Assembly (NCBI GenBank): GCA_905178155.1
Contig: CAJINV010000003.1
Coordinates: 1,191,560-1,255,559, forward strand
Length of the DNA: 64,000 nt
Source: Amoebophrya sp. A120
Lineage: Eukaryota > Protista > Dinoflagellata
Reading direction: 5' to 3'
Part shown: positions 1-12,502 of the stretch, one piece after another
How the letters are laid out: each line of letters begins with the position of its first letter
Position numbering within the stretch: position 1 is the stretch's first letter
The notes under the pieces: generated by a model
Seen by the model: the letters and a program-made list of their open reading frames with translations, nothing else
Told to the model about the DNA's origin: nothing
The model's database searches: none
Program-made: the position numbers and the translations under genes

Positions 1-1540
1 GGACCCTTCCCGGCCCGCCCCGAGGGCCTGCTGGACGTCGTGTAACCGCTCCAAAAACGCCTCGCGCGGACGTCGTGCGCATGACCCTTCCCCGCGCGCC
101 CCGGGGGCCTCCCGGACGTCGTGCGGCCGTTCCCGAAACGCCCCAGAGGGACGTCGTGCGCAGGGCCCCTCCCTGCCCGCCCCGAGGGCCTCCCGGACGT
201 CGTGCAACCGCTCCTGAAACGCCCCACGCGGGCGGCGTACGCTGGACCCCCCCGCAAGCCCCCCGGGGGCCCCCCGGACGTCGTTCAGCCGCTCCTGGAA
301 CGCCCCACGCGGACGTCGTGCGCAGGACCATTCCCCGCGCGCCCCGGGGGCCTCCCGGGCGTCGTGCGACCGCTCCTGAAACGCCCCGCGCGGACGTCGT
401 GCGCAGGACCCTTCCCCAACCGCCCCGAGGGTGGGCCGGCCTCCCGGACGTCGTGCAACCGCTCCTGAAACGCCCCACGCGGACGTCGTGCGCAGGACCG
501 TTTCCCGCCCGCCCTCGGGGCCTCCCGGACGTCGAGCAGCCGCTCCTGAAACGCCCCACGCGGACGTCGTGCGCGGGACCCTTCCCCACCCGCCCCGAGG
601 GCCTCCCGGACGTCGTGCAGCCGCTCCTGAAACGCCCCGCGCGGACGTCGTGCGCAGGACCCTTCCCCACCCGCCCCGGGGGCCGCCCGGACGTCGTGCA
701 ACCGCGCTGAAACGCCCCGCGCGGACGTCGTGCGCAGGACCCGTCCCCGCCCGCCCCAAAGGCCCCTCGGACGTCGTGCAACCCCCCCTGAAACGCCCCC
801 CGCGAACGTCGTGCGCGAGACCCTTCGCCGCCCGCCACGAGGACCTCTCCCGGACGTCGTGCAACCGCTCCTGAAACGCCCCGCGCGGACGTCGTGCGCC
901 GGACCCTTCGCCTCCCCGCGCCCCGGCCGGCGGCCTCCCGGACGTCGTGCAACCGCTCCTGAAACACCCCGCGCGGACGTCGTGCGCATGACCCTTCCCC
1001 GCGCGCCCCGGGGGCTTCCCGGACGTCGTGCAACCGCCCCTGAAGAAACGCCCCAAAGGGACGTCGTTTGCAGGACCCTTCCCCGCGCGCCTCGGGGGCC
1101 TCCCGGACGTCGTGCAACCGCCCCTGAAACGCCCCGTTCGGACGTCGAGAGCAGGACCCTTCCCCGCGCGCCCCGGGGGCCGCCGGGACGTCGCGCAACC
1201 GCTCCCGAAACGCCCCGAACGGACGTCGGTCGCAGGACCCATCCCGTTCCCCGCGCCCCGTCCGGGGGCCTACCGGGCGCCGTGCAGCCGCTCCCGAAAC
1301 GCCCCGCGCGGACATCGTGCGCCGGACCCTTTCCCACCCGCCCCGAGGGCCTCCCGGACGCCGTGCAACCGCTCCTGAAACGTTCCCGCGCGGACGCTGT
1401 GCGCAAAGCCTTCCCCGACCGCCCCGTGGGCCTTCCGGAGTTCGTGCAACCGCCCCCGAAATGCTGCGCAGACATCGCGCGCAAGACCCTTCCCCCCCCC
1501 AACCCGCGGCCCTTCCGGGCGTCGCGCAGTCGCCCCAATG
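1..1540. repeat. GC-rich tandem satellite A, 81-bp unit (open at left window edge)
   Basis: Consensus ~GGACCCTTCCCCGCGCGCCCCGGGGGCCTCCCGGACGTCGTGCAACCGCTCCTGAAACGCCCCGCGCGGACGTCGTGCGCA. First two copies start at 1 and 82. Each unit has two GGACGTCGTGC cores. Copies degenerate toward ~1500. Confidence 0.95.
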
Positions 1541-1559
1541 ACCTTACTCGGCAAGAGCT

Positions 1560-4500
1560 GCCCGATTCGGCGTCTGGGTTTCCCGACTCGGCGGCGCCGC
1601 GGCACGCGCGGGCGGGCCAACGTGAAAGCTTCCCGATTCGGCGACGCCGCAGCAAGCCGGGGCGGGCCAAAGTTGTCCGGCTCGGCGCCTCCCTAAGTTT
1701 CCCGATTCGGCGACGCCGCAGCAAGCCGCGGCGGGCCAAAGTTTCCCGATTCGGCGATGCCGCAACAGGCCGGGGCGGGCCAAAGTTGTCCGGCTCGGCG
1801 CCCCAGTTTCCCGATTCGGCGACGCCGCAGCACGCCGGGGCGGGTCAAAGTTGTCCGGCTCGTTGCCAAAGTTCCCCGGTTCGGCGATGCCGCACCAAGC
1901 CGCGGCGGGCCACAGTTTCCCGCTTCGGCGATGCCGCAGCAGGCCGGGGCGGGCCAAAGTTGCCCGGCTCGGCGCCCCAGTTCCCCGATTCGGCGACGCC
2001 GCAGCAAGCCGGGGCGGGCCAAAGTAGTTCGGCCTGGCGCCAAAGTTCCCCGATTCGGCGATGCCGCAGCAAGCCGCGGCGGGCCAAAGTTTCCCGGCTC
2101 GGCGATGCCGCAGCCGGCACGGGCGGGCCAAACAAAGTTGTCCGGTTCGGCGCTACAGTTTCCCGATTCGGCGATGCCGCAGCACGCCGGGGCGGGCCAA
2201 AGTTGTCCGGCTCGGCGCCAAAGTTCCCCGATTCAGCGATGCCGGAGCAAGCCGGGGCGGGCCAAAGTTTCCCAATTCGGCGACGCCGCAGCAAGCCGGG
2301 GCGGGCCAAAGTTGCCCGGCTCGGCGCCTATCTAAGTTCTTCGATTCGGCGACGCCGTAGCAAGCTGCGGCGGGCCAAAGTTTCCCGGTTCGGCGATGCC
2401 GCAGCAGGCCGGGGCGGGACAAAGTTGTCCGGCTCGGCGCCACAGTTTCCCGATTCGGCGACGCCGCAACGCGCCGAGCCGGACAACGCCGGGCCGGGCC
2501 AAAGTTGTTCGGCGCGGCGCCAAAGCTCCCCGATTCGGCGACGCCGCAGGCAGCAAGCCGCGGCGGGCCAAACAAAGTTTCCCGATTCGGCTATGCCGCA
2601 GCAGGGCGGGGCGGGCCAAAGTTGTCCGGCTCGGCGCCACAATTTCCCGATTCGGCGATGCCGCAGCAAGCCGGGGCGGGCCAAAGTTGTCCGGCTTGGC
2701 GCCAAAGTTCCCCGATTCGGCGAAGCCCCAGCAAGCCGCGGCGGGCCAAAATTCCCCGACTCGGCGACGCCACAACAGGCCGGGGCGGGCCAAAGTTGTC
2801 TGGTTCGGCGCCAGAGTTTCCCGATCCGGCGATGCCGCAGCACGCCGGGGCGGGCCAAAGTTGTCCGGCTTGGCGCCAAAGTTCCCCGATTCGGCGATGC
2901 CGGAGCAAGCCGGGGCGAGCCAAAGTTTCCCGATTCGGCGAGGCCGCAGCAAGCCGGGGCGGGCCAAAGTTGTCCGGCTCGGCGCCTAAGTTCCCCGATT
3001 CGGCGACGCCGCAGCAAGCCGCGGCGGGCCAAAGTTTCCCGATTCGGCGATGCCGCAACAGGCCGGGGCGGGCCAAAGTTGTCCGGTTCGGCGCCGCAGT
3101 TTCCCGATTCGGCGACGCCGCAACACGCCGGGGCGGGCCAAAGCTGCCCGGCTCGGCGCCAAAGTTCCCCGATTCGGCGACGCCACAGCAGGCCGCGGCG
3201 GGCCAAAGTTTCCCGATTCGGCGACGCCGCAGCAGGCCGGGGCGGGCCAAAGTTGTCCGGCTCGGCGCTACAGTTTCCCGATTCGGCGATGCCGCAGCAC
3301 GCCGGGGCGGGCCAAAGTTGTCCGGCTCGGCGCCAAAGTTCCCCGATTCAGCGAAGCCGGAGCAAGCCGGGGCGGGCCAAAGTTTCCCAATTCGGCGACG
3401 CCGCAGCAAGCCGGGGCGGGCCAAAGTTGCCCGGCTCGGCGCCTATCTAAGTTCTTCGATTCGGCGACGCCGTAGCAAGCTGCGGCGGGCCAAAGTTTCC
3501 CGGTTCGGCGATGCCGCAGCAGGCCGGGGCGGGACAAAGTTGTCCGGCTCGGCGCCACAGTTTCCCGATTCGGCGACGCCGCAACGCGCCGAGCCGGACA
3601 ACGCCGGGCCGGGCCAAAGTTGTTCGGCGCGGCGCCAAAGCTCCCCGATTCGGCGACGCCGCAGGCAGCAAGCCGCGGCGGGCCAAACAAAGTTTCCCGA
3701 TTCGGCTATGCCGCAGCAGGGCGGGGCGGGCCAAAGTTGTCCGGCTCGGCGCCACAATTTCCCGATTCGGCGATGCCGCAGCAAGCCGGGGCGGGCCAAA
3801 GTTGTCCGGCTTGGCGCCAAAGTTCCCCGATTCGGCGAAGCCCCAGCAAGCCGCGGCGGGCCAAAATTCCCCGACTCGGCGACGCCACAACAGGCCGGGG
3901 CGGGCCAAAGTTGTCTGGTTCGGCGCCAGAGTTTCCCGATCCGGCGATGCCGCAGCACGCCGGGGCGGGCCAAAGTTGTCCGGCTTGGCGCCAAAGTTCC
4001 CCGATTCGGCGATGCCGGAGCAAGCCGGGGCGAGCCAAAGTTTCCCGATTCGGCGAGGCCGCAGCAAGCCGGGGCGGGCCAAAGTTGTCCGGCTCGGCGC
4101 CTCCCTAAGTTTCCCGATTCGGCGACGCCGCAGCAAGCCGCGGCGGGCCAAAGTTTCCCGATTCGGCGATGCCGCAACAGGCCGGGGCGGGCCAAAGTTG
4201 TCCGGCTCGGCGCCCCAGTTTCCCGATTCGGCGACGCCGCAGCACGCCGGGGCGGGTCAAAGTTGTCCGGCTCGTTGCCAAAGTTCCCCGGTTCGGCGAT
4301 GCCGCACCAAGCCGCGGCGGGCCACAGTTTCCCGCTTCGGCGATGCCGCAGCAGGCCGGGGCGGGCCAAAGTTGCCCGGCTCGGCGCCCCAGTTCCCCGA
4401 TTCGGCGACGCCGCAGCAAGCCGGGGCGGGCCAAAGTAGTTCGGCCTGGCGCCAAAGTTCCCCGATTCGGCGATGCCGCAGCAAGCCGCGGCGGGCCAAA

Positions 4501-7500
4501 GTTTCCCGGCTCGGCGATGCCGCAGCCGGCACGGGCGGGCCAAACAAAGTTGTCCGGTTCGGCGCTACAGTTTCCCGATTCGGCGATGCCGCAGCACGCC
4601 GGGGCGGGCCAAAGTTGTCCGGCTCGGCGCCAAAGTTCCCCGATTCAGCGATGCCGGAGCAAGCCGGGGCGGGCCAAAGTTTCCCAATTCGGCGACGCCG
4701 CAGCAAGCCGGGGCGGGCCAAAGTTGCCCGGCTCGGCGCCTATCTAAGTTCTTCGATTCGGCGACGCCGTAGCAAGCTGCGGCGGGCCAAAGTTTCCCGG
4801 TTCGGCGATGCCGCAGCAGGCCGGGGCGGGACAAAGTTGTCCGGCTCGGCGCCACAGTTTCCCGATTCGGCGACGCCGCAACGCGCCGAGCCGGACAACG
4901 CCGGGCCGGGCCAAAGTTGTTCGGCGCGGCGCCAAAGCTCCCCGATTCGGCGACGCCGCAGGCAGCAAGCCGCGGCGGGCCAAACAAAGTTTCCCGATTC
5001 GGCTATGCCGCAGCAGGGCGGGGCGGGCCAAAGTTGTCCGGCTCGGCGCCACAATTTCCCGATTCGGCGATGCCGCAGCAAGCCGGGGCGGGCCAAAGTT
5101 GTCCGGCTTGGCGCCAAAGTTCCCCGATTCGGCGAAGCCCCAGCAAGCCGCGGCGGGCCAAAATTCCCCGACTCGGCGACGCCACAACAGGCCGGGGCGG
5201 GCCAAAGTTGTCTGGTTCGGCGCCAGAGTTTCCCGATCCGGCGATGCCGCAGCACGCCGGGGCGGGCCAAAGTTGTCCGGCTTGGCGCCAAAGTTCCCCG
5301 ATTCGGCGATGCCGGAGCAAGCCGGGGCGAGCCAAAGTTTCCCGATTCGGCGAGGCCGCAGCAAGCCGGGGCGGGCCAAAGTTGTCCGGCTCGGCGCCTA
5401 AGTTCCCCGATTCGGCGACGCCGCAGCAAGCCGCGGCGGGCCAAAGTTTCCCGATTCGGCGATGCCGCAACAGGCCGGGGCGGGCCAAAGTTGTCCGGTT
5501 CGGCGCCGCAGTTTCCCGATTCGGCGACGCCGCAACACGCCGGGGCGGGCCAAAGCTGCCCGGCTCGGCGCCAAAGTTCCCCGATTCGGCGACGCCACAG
5601 CAGGCCGCGGCGGGCCAAAGTTTCCCGATTCGGCGACGCCGCAGCAGGCCGGGGCGGGCCAAAGTTGTCCGGCTCGGCGCTACAGTTTCCCGATTCGGCG
5701 ATGCCGCAGCAAGCCGGGGCGGGCCAAAGTCGTCCGGCTTGGCGCCAAAGTTCCCCGATTCGGCGATGCCGCAGCATGCCGCGGCGGGCCACAGTTTCCC
5801 GATTCGATCGGCGACGCCGCAGCAGGCCGGGGCGGGCCAAAATTGTCCGGCTTGGCGCCACAGTTTCCCGATTCGGCGACGCCGCAACACGCCGGGGCGG
5901 GCCAAAGTTGTCCGGCTCGGCGCCAAAGTTCCCCGATTCGGCGATGCCGGAGCAAGCCGGGGCGCGCGGGCCAAAGTTTCCCGATTCGGCAACGCCACAG
6001 CACGCCGGGGCGGGCCAAAATTGTCCGGCTCGGCGCCTAAGTTCCCCGATTCGGCGACGCCGCAGCAAGCCGCGGCGGGCCAAAGTTTCCCGATTCGGCG
6101 ACGCCACAGCAGGCCGGGGCGGGCCAAAGTTGTCCGGCTCGGCGCCAAACAAAGCTCCCCGATTCGGCGACGCCGCAACAGGCCGCGGCGGGCCAAAGTT
6201 TCCCGATTCGGCGACGCCGCAACAGGCCGGGGCGGGCCAAGCAAAGTTGTCCGGTTCGGCGCCGCACGCAGTTGCCCGATTCGGCGACGCCGCAGCACGC
6301 CGGGGCGGCCGGGCCAAATTTTTCCGGCTTGGCGCCAAAGTTCCCCGATTCGGCGACGCCGCAGCAAGCCGCGGCGGGCCAAAGTTCCCCGATTCGGCGA
6401 TGCCGCAGCAGGCCGGGGCGGATCAAAGTTGTCCGGTTCGGCGCCAAAGTTTCCCGCTTCGGCGATGCCGCAGCACGCCAGGGCGGGCCAAAGTTGTCCG
6501 GCTCGGCGCCAAAGTTCCCCGATTCGGCGATGCCGGAGCAAGCCGGGACGGGCCAAAGTTCCTCGATTCGGGCGATGCCGGAGCAAGCCGGGGCGGGCCA
6601 AAGTTTCCCGATTCGGCGACGCCGCAACAAGCGGGCGGGCCAAAGTTGTCCGGCTCGGCGCCTAAATTCCCCGACTCGGCGACGCCGCAGCAAGCCGCGG
6701 CGGGCCAAAGCTTCCCGATTCGGCGATGCCGCAGCAGGCCGGGGCGGGCCAAAGTTGTCCGGTTCGGCGCAATAGTTTCCCGATTCGGCGATGCCGCAGC
6801 ACGCCGGGGCGGGCCAAAATTGTCCGGCTCGGCGCCAAAGTTCCCCGATTCGGCGATGCCGCAGCAGGCCGGGGCGGGCCAAAGTTGTTCGGTTTGGCGC
6901 CTCAGTTTCCCGGTTCGGCGATGCCGCAGCAGGCCGGGGCGGGCCAAAGTTGTCCGGCTTGCCGCCAAAGTTCCCCGATTCGGCGACGCCGCAGCAAGCC
7001 GCGGCGGGCCAAAGTTTCCCGATTCGGCGATGCCGCAGCAGGCCGGGGCGGGCCAAAGTTGTCCGGTTCGGCGCCAGAGTTTCCCGATCCGGCGATGCCG
7101 CAGCACGCCGGGGCGGGCCAAAGTTGTCCGGCTTGGCGCCAAAGTTCCCCGATTCGGCGATGCCGGAGCAAGCCGGGGCGAGCCAAAGTTTCCCGATTCG
7201 GCGAGGCCGCAGCAAGCCGGGGCGGGCCAAAGTTGTCCGGCTCGGCGCCTAAGTTCCCCGATTCGGCGACGCCGCAGCAAGCCGCGGCGGGCCAAAGTTT
7301 CCCGATTCGGCGATGCCGCAACAGGCCGGGGCGGGCCAAAGTTGTCCGGTTCGGCGCCGCAGTTTCCCGATTCGGCGACGCCGCAACACGCCGGGGCGGG
7401 CCAAAGCTGCCCGGCTCGGCGCCAAAGTTCCCCGATTCGGCGACGCCACAGCAGGCCGCGGCGGGCCAAAGTTTCCCGATTCGGCGACGCCGCAGCAGGC

Positions 7501-10500
7501 CGGGGCGGGCCAAAGTTGTCCGGCTCGGCGCTACAGTTTCCCGATTCGGCGATGCCGCAGCAAGCCGGGGCGGGCCAAAGCCGTCCGGCTTGGCGCCAAA
7601 GTTCCCCGATTCGGCGATGCCGCAGCATGCCGCGGCGGGCCACAGTTTCCCGATTCGATCGGCGACGCCGCAGCAGGCCGGGGCGGGCCAAAATTGTCCG
7701 GCTTGGCGCCACAGTTTCCCGATTCGGCGACGCCGCAACACGCCGGGGCGGGCCAAAGTTGTCCGGCTCGGCGCCAAAGTTCCCCGATTCGGCGATGCCG
7801 GAGCAAGCCGGGGCGCGCGGGCCAAAGTTTCCCGATTCGGCAACGCCACAGCACGCCGGGGCGGGCCAAAATTGTCCGGCTCGGCGCCTAAGTTCCCCGA
7901 TTCGGCGACGCCGCAGCAAGCCGCGGCGGGCCAAAGTTTCCCGATTCGGCGACGCCACAGCAGGCCGGGGCGGGCCAAAGTTGTCCGGCTCGGCGCCAAA
8001 CAAAGCTCCCCGATTCGGCGACGCCGCAACAGGCCGCGGCGGGCCAAAGTTTCCCGATTCGGCGACGCCGCAACAGGCCGGGGCGGGCCAAGCAAAGTTG
8101 TCCGGTTCGGCGCCGCACGCAGTTGCCCGATTCGGCGACGCCGCAGCACGCCGGGGCGGCCGGGCCAAATTTTTCCGGCTTGGCGCCAAAGTTCCCCGAT
8201 TCGGCGACGCCGCAGCAAGCCGCGGCGGGCCAAAGTTCCCCGATTCGGCGATGCCGCAGCAGGCCGGGGCGGATCAAAGTTGTCCGGTTCGGCGCCAAAG
8301 TTTCCCGCTTCGGCGATGCCGCAGCACGCCAGGGCGGGCCAAAGTTGTCCGGCTCGGCGCCAAAGTTCCCCGATTCGGCGATGCCGGAGCAAGCCGGGAC
8401 GGGCCAAAGTTCCTCGATTCGGGCGATGCCGGAGCAAGCCGGGGCGGGCCAAAGTTTCCCGATTCGGCGACGCCGCAACAAGCGGGCGGGCCAAAGTTGT
8501 CCGGCTCGGCGCCTAAATTCCCCGACTCGGCGACGCCGCAGCAAGCCGCGGCGGGCCAAAGCTTCCCGATTCGGCGATGCCGCAGCAGGCCGGGGCGGGC
8601 CAAAGTTGTCCGGTTCGGCGCAATAGTTTCCCGATTCGGCGATGCCGCAGCACGCCGGGGCGGGCCAAAATTGTCCGGCTCGGCGCCAAAGTTCCCCGAT
8701 TCGGCGATGCCGCAGCAGGCCGGGGCGGGCCAAAGTTGTTCGGTTTGGCGCCTCAGTTTCCCGGTTCGGCGATGCCGCAGCAGGCCGGGGCGGGCCAAAG
8801 TTGTCCGGCTTGCCGCCAAAGTTCCCCGATTCGGCGACGCCGCAGCAAGCCGCGGCGGGCCAAAGTTTCCCGATTCGGCGATGCCGCAGCAGGCCGGGGC
8901 GGGCCAAAGTTGTCCGGCTCGGCGCCAAAGTTCCCCGATTCGGCGATGCCGGAACAAGCCGGGGCGGGCCAAAGTTCCCCGATTCGGCGACGCCGCAGCA
9001 AGCCGGGGCGGGCCAAAGTTGTCCGGCTCGACGCCTGAGCTTCCCGATTCGGCGACGCCGCAGCAAGCCGCGGCGGGCCAAAGTTTCCCGATTCGGCGAC
9101 GCCGCAGCAGGCCAGGGCGGGCCAAAGTTGTCCGGTTCGGCGCCACAGTTTCCCGATTCGGCGACGCCGCAGCACGCCGGGGCGGGCCAAAGGTGTCCGG
9201 CTCGGCGCCAAAGTTCCCCGATTCATTCGACGACGCCGCAGCATGCCGCGGCGGGCCAAAGTTTCCCGATTCGGCGACGCCGCAGCAGGCCGGGGCGGGC
9301 CAAAGTTGTCCGGCGCGGCGCAACAGTTTCCCGCTTCGGCGACGCCGCAGCACGCCGGGGCGGGCCAAAGTTGTCCGGCTTGGCGCCAAAGTAAGTTCCC
9401 CGATTCGGCGATGCTTGCCGCAGCAAGCCGCGGCGGGCCAAAGTTCCCCGGTTCGGCGATGCCACAACGGGCCGGGGCGGGCCAAAGTTGTCCGGTTCGG
9501 CGCCACGCACAGTTCCCCGACTCGGCGACGCCGCAACACGCCGGGGCGGGCCAAAGTTGTCCGGCCCGGCGCCAAAGTTCCCCGCTTCGGCGATGCCGGA
9601 GCAAGCCGGGGCGGGCCAAATTTCCCCGATTCGGCGATGCCGCAGCAAGCCGGGGCGGGCCAAGCAAAGTTGTCCGGCTCGGCGCCTAAGTTTCCCGATT
9701 CGGCGACGCCGCAGCAAGCCGCGGCGGGCCAAAGTTCCTCGCTTCGGCGATGCCGCAACAGGCCGGGGCGGGCCAAAGTTGTCCGGTTCGGCGCTAAAGT
9801 TTCCCGATTCGGCGATGCCGCAGCACGCCGGGGCGGGCCAAAGTTGTCCGGCCCGGCGCCAAAGTTCCCCGATTCGGCGATGCCGCAGCACGCCGCGGCG
9901 GGCCAAAGTTTCCCGATTCGGCGATGCCGCAGCAGGCCGGGGCGGGCCAAAGTTGTCCGGCGCCGCGCTACAGCTTCCCGATTCGGCGATGCCGCAGCAG
10001 GCCGGGGCGGGCCAAAGTTGTCCGGCTTGGCGCCAAAGTTTCCCGATTCGGCGACGCCGCAACAAGCCGCGGCGGGCCAAAGTTTCCCGATTCGGCGACG
10101 CCGCAGCAGGCCGGGGCGGGCCAAGCAAAGTTGTCCGGTTCGGCGCCACAGTTTCCCGATTCGGCGATGCCGCAGGCAGCACGCCGGGGCGGGCCAAAGT
10201 TGTCCGGCTCGGCGCCAAAGTTCCCCGCTTCGGCGACGCCAGAGCAAGCCGGGGCGGGCCAAAGTTTCTCGATTCGGCGATGCCGCAGCAAGCCGGGGCG
10301 GGCCAAAGTTCTCCGGCTCGGCGCCGAAGTGCCCCGCTTCGGGGATGCCACAGCAAGCCGGAGCGGGCCACAGTTGTCCGGCTCGGCGCCAAGGTTTCCC
10401 GGCTCGGCGATGCCGCAGCATGCCGGAGCGGGCCGAGCAATGCTGCCCGGCAGGGCGCCAAAGGTTCCCGAGTCGGCGACGCCGCAGCAAGCCGGAGCGG

Positions 10501-11400
10501 GCCAAAGCTGTCCGGCTCGGCGCAAGGGTTTCCCTATGTATTCGGCGACGCCGCTGGAAGCGCGGGCGGGCCAAAGCAGTCCGATTCGGCGCCGAGGTTC
10601 CCCGATATGGCGAAGCCACAACAAGCCGGCGCGGGCCAAAATTTTCCGGCACGGCGCCAGCCAAAGTTCCCCGATTCGGCGATGCCACAACACGCGCGGG
10701 CGAGCCAAAATTGTCCGCGCCGGCAATGCCGCTGGCGCCATCTGCGTACGGGAACAGCCCCGAAAGGCCTACCTCTCGACAACGCCCGCAAGTCAATAAA
10801 TGCGGGCGGGGGGTCCGTCTCCGATTCGGCGCCCGGCAAAGCGCTCCGATAATTAGGCGACGCCGCAACAAGCGCGGGCAGGCCAAAGCTGCCCGGCTCG
10901 GCGATGCCGCCGACGCCATCTGCGTACCGGCCGGGGAAGCCCCCGCCGGCCTCTCTGGCGACAGCCCCCCTGCAAATACTCTGGCGCGGGCGGGGGGCCC
11001 CGATTCGGCGCCAAAGCAAGCTAGCTTCCCGGCTCGGCGGCGCCGCTGAAGCCTGCTGCGCAAGTACAAGACCAGCCCCGGCAGGACTTCGCCCCGGCAG
11101 CCTCCGCAAAACAGCAGGAGCGGGCGGGGCGGCCCCGATTCGGCCGGCGGCGCCGCCACAAGGCAAGCGCGGGCGGGCCGGCCGGCGTTTTCCGGTTCGG
11201 CGATGCCGCTGGCGCCATCTGCGTACAAGAACAACCCCGGCAAGCCCTTCGATGGCCCTCGCAAAGCAACACGCGCGGGCGGGGGGCCCCGATTCGGCGA
11301 CGCCGCCGCGAAAGTTTCCCGATTCGGCGACGCCACTGCAAGCGCGGGCGGGCCAAAGTTGTCCGATTCGGCGACGCCGCTGGCGCCGCCTACGTACTAG
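1560..11400. repeat. GC-rich tandem satellite B, mixed 44-bp and 65-bp units with higher-order duplications
   Basis: Short unit CCCGATTCGGCGACGCCGCAGCAAGCCGCGGCGGGCCAAAGTTT; the long unit adds a 21-nt GTTGTCCGGCTCGGCGCCAAA-type segment. Identical ORF translations recur at offsets 1115, 1297, 2412 and 1851 bp. The array diverges after ~10300. Confidence 0.95.
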
Positions 11401-12502
11401 AGCAGCCTCCGCAAGCCTTTCGACAGCCCCCGCGAAGCAGCAAGTGCGAGCGCGGGGGGGCTCCGAAGCGCGGGTGGGCCAAAGGGGACCAGGGGACGGC
11501 TCCAGCAGCGGCTCCAGGGGACCGACAGTCCTGTGATCAGCGGCAGGGAAGAACAAGGCTTCTGCCTCACCTCACAAAAGCACGACATGTAAGTCATGTT
11601 GAACGTCACCCGCAACACCGTCCCCCTGAGAAATCCTTTGTCACAACAATGCGCCAGCCCCGTTTACTTGTATGCACTCGGCACGAAGCAAATCAGACTT
11701 CGTCTGCTTACAAAGTATTTTTCTTTCTCGTTTGTATGGTTTCATTTGTATCCATTCGCCCCTGCGCGTTCATTCATTGACGCAGACAAGATTGTCGACT
11801 GCGGAATCTTTTTTATTTTTCATTCTTGTAGCAGCCATTTATCTTTATTAAGGAGGATTTTAATAGTAGTTGCCGGGCAGGAAACAATATTGGTTTTATC
11901 AAATTGAAATTGATAATTAGTTGTAGTTGTCAATGATGTCCTCGCAGCGTCTCCATTACGGGGAGCATCAGGTTCACGATGGGCGTGTGCCTAGTGCATT
12001 TGCTGCGAAGGTCGAAGCAACTTTGAAATGCAATGTCTTTTGAGTGGGCCGCAGGCAGCTGGTGGTAATTAGGAAACACTCTCAAGCAACATCCTCTCCT
12101 TCCAATCAGAGACGACAAAGCTTCTTTTTCGTAAACAGTTTTCTTGGAAACAAGGAAACAAATTCTAGGCACTGTCGGTCCATAGCTAGAAACTATAGAA
12201 GCGGCTAGCACCAAAATCACATTTATATATTCAAGCTCAGCAACATTATCCTACAGCAACGATTTGATTTACTCATATCTTTGAGCAGCAAAGAAACGTA
12301 CACTGGCACACGTTTTGAAATGTTGAGTTCTCTTAGGAGTACAGACTCGAAGGTAACCGCTGTGCGACACCTTGTGCTATTCTTCTATAGGTGTAGTAAA
12401 GGTTGTAGGTAGTACGCTCGTCCTTGAGGCAGTACATTGCACAACTCCCGACTTTCCGTTCTTCATGTAGATGAATATCTTGAAGATATTGATTGTAGGC
12501 AA

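Noticed and set aside
1-11400. CRISPR array interpretation of the palindromic repeats
   Set aside because: There are no unique spacers, no cas genes, and the context is eukaryotic.
75-11556. Dozens of long ORFs in the satellites, including the 2512-aa ORF at 3511-11049
   Set aside because: ORFs are open in all six frames because the GC-rich units rarely contain stops. The 44/65-bp units are not multiples of 3, and the same peptide motifs appear in every frame.
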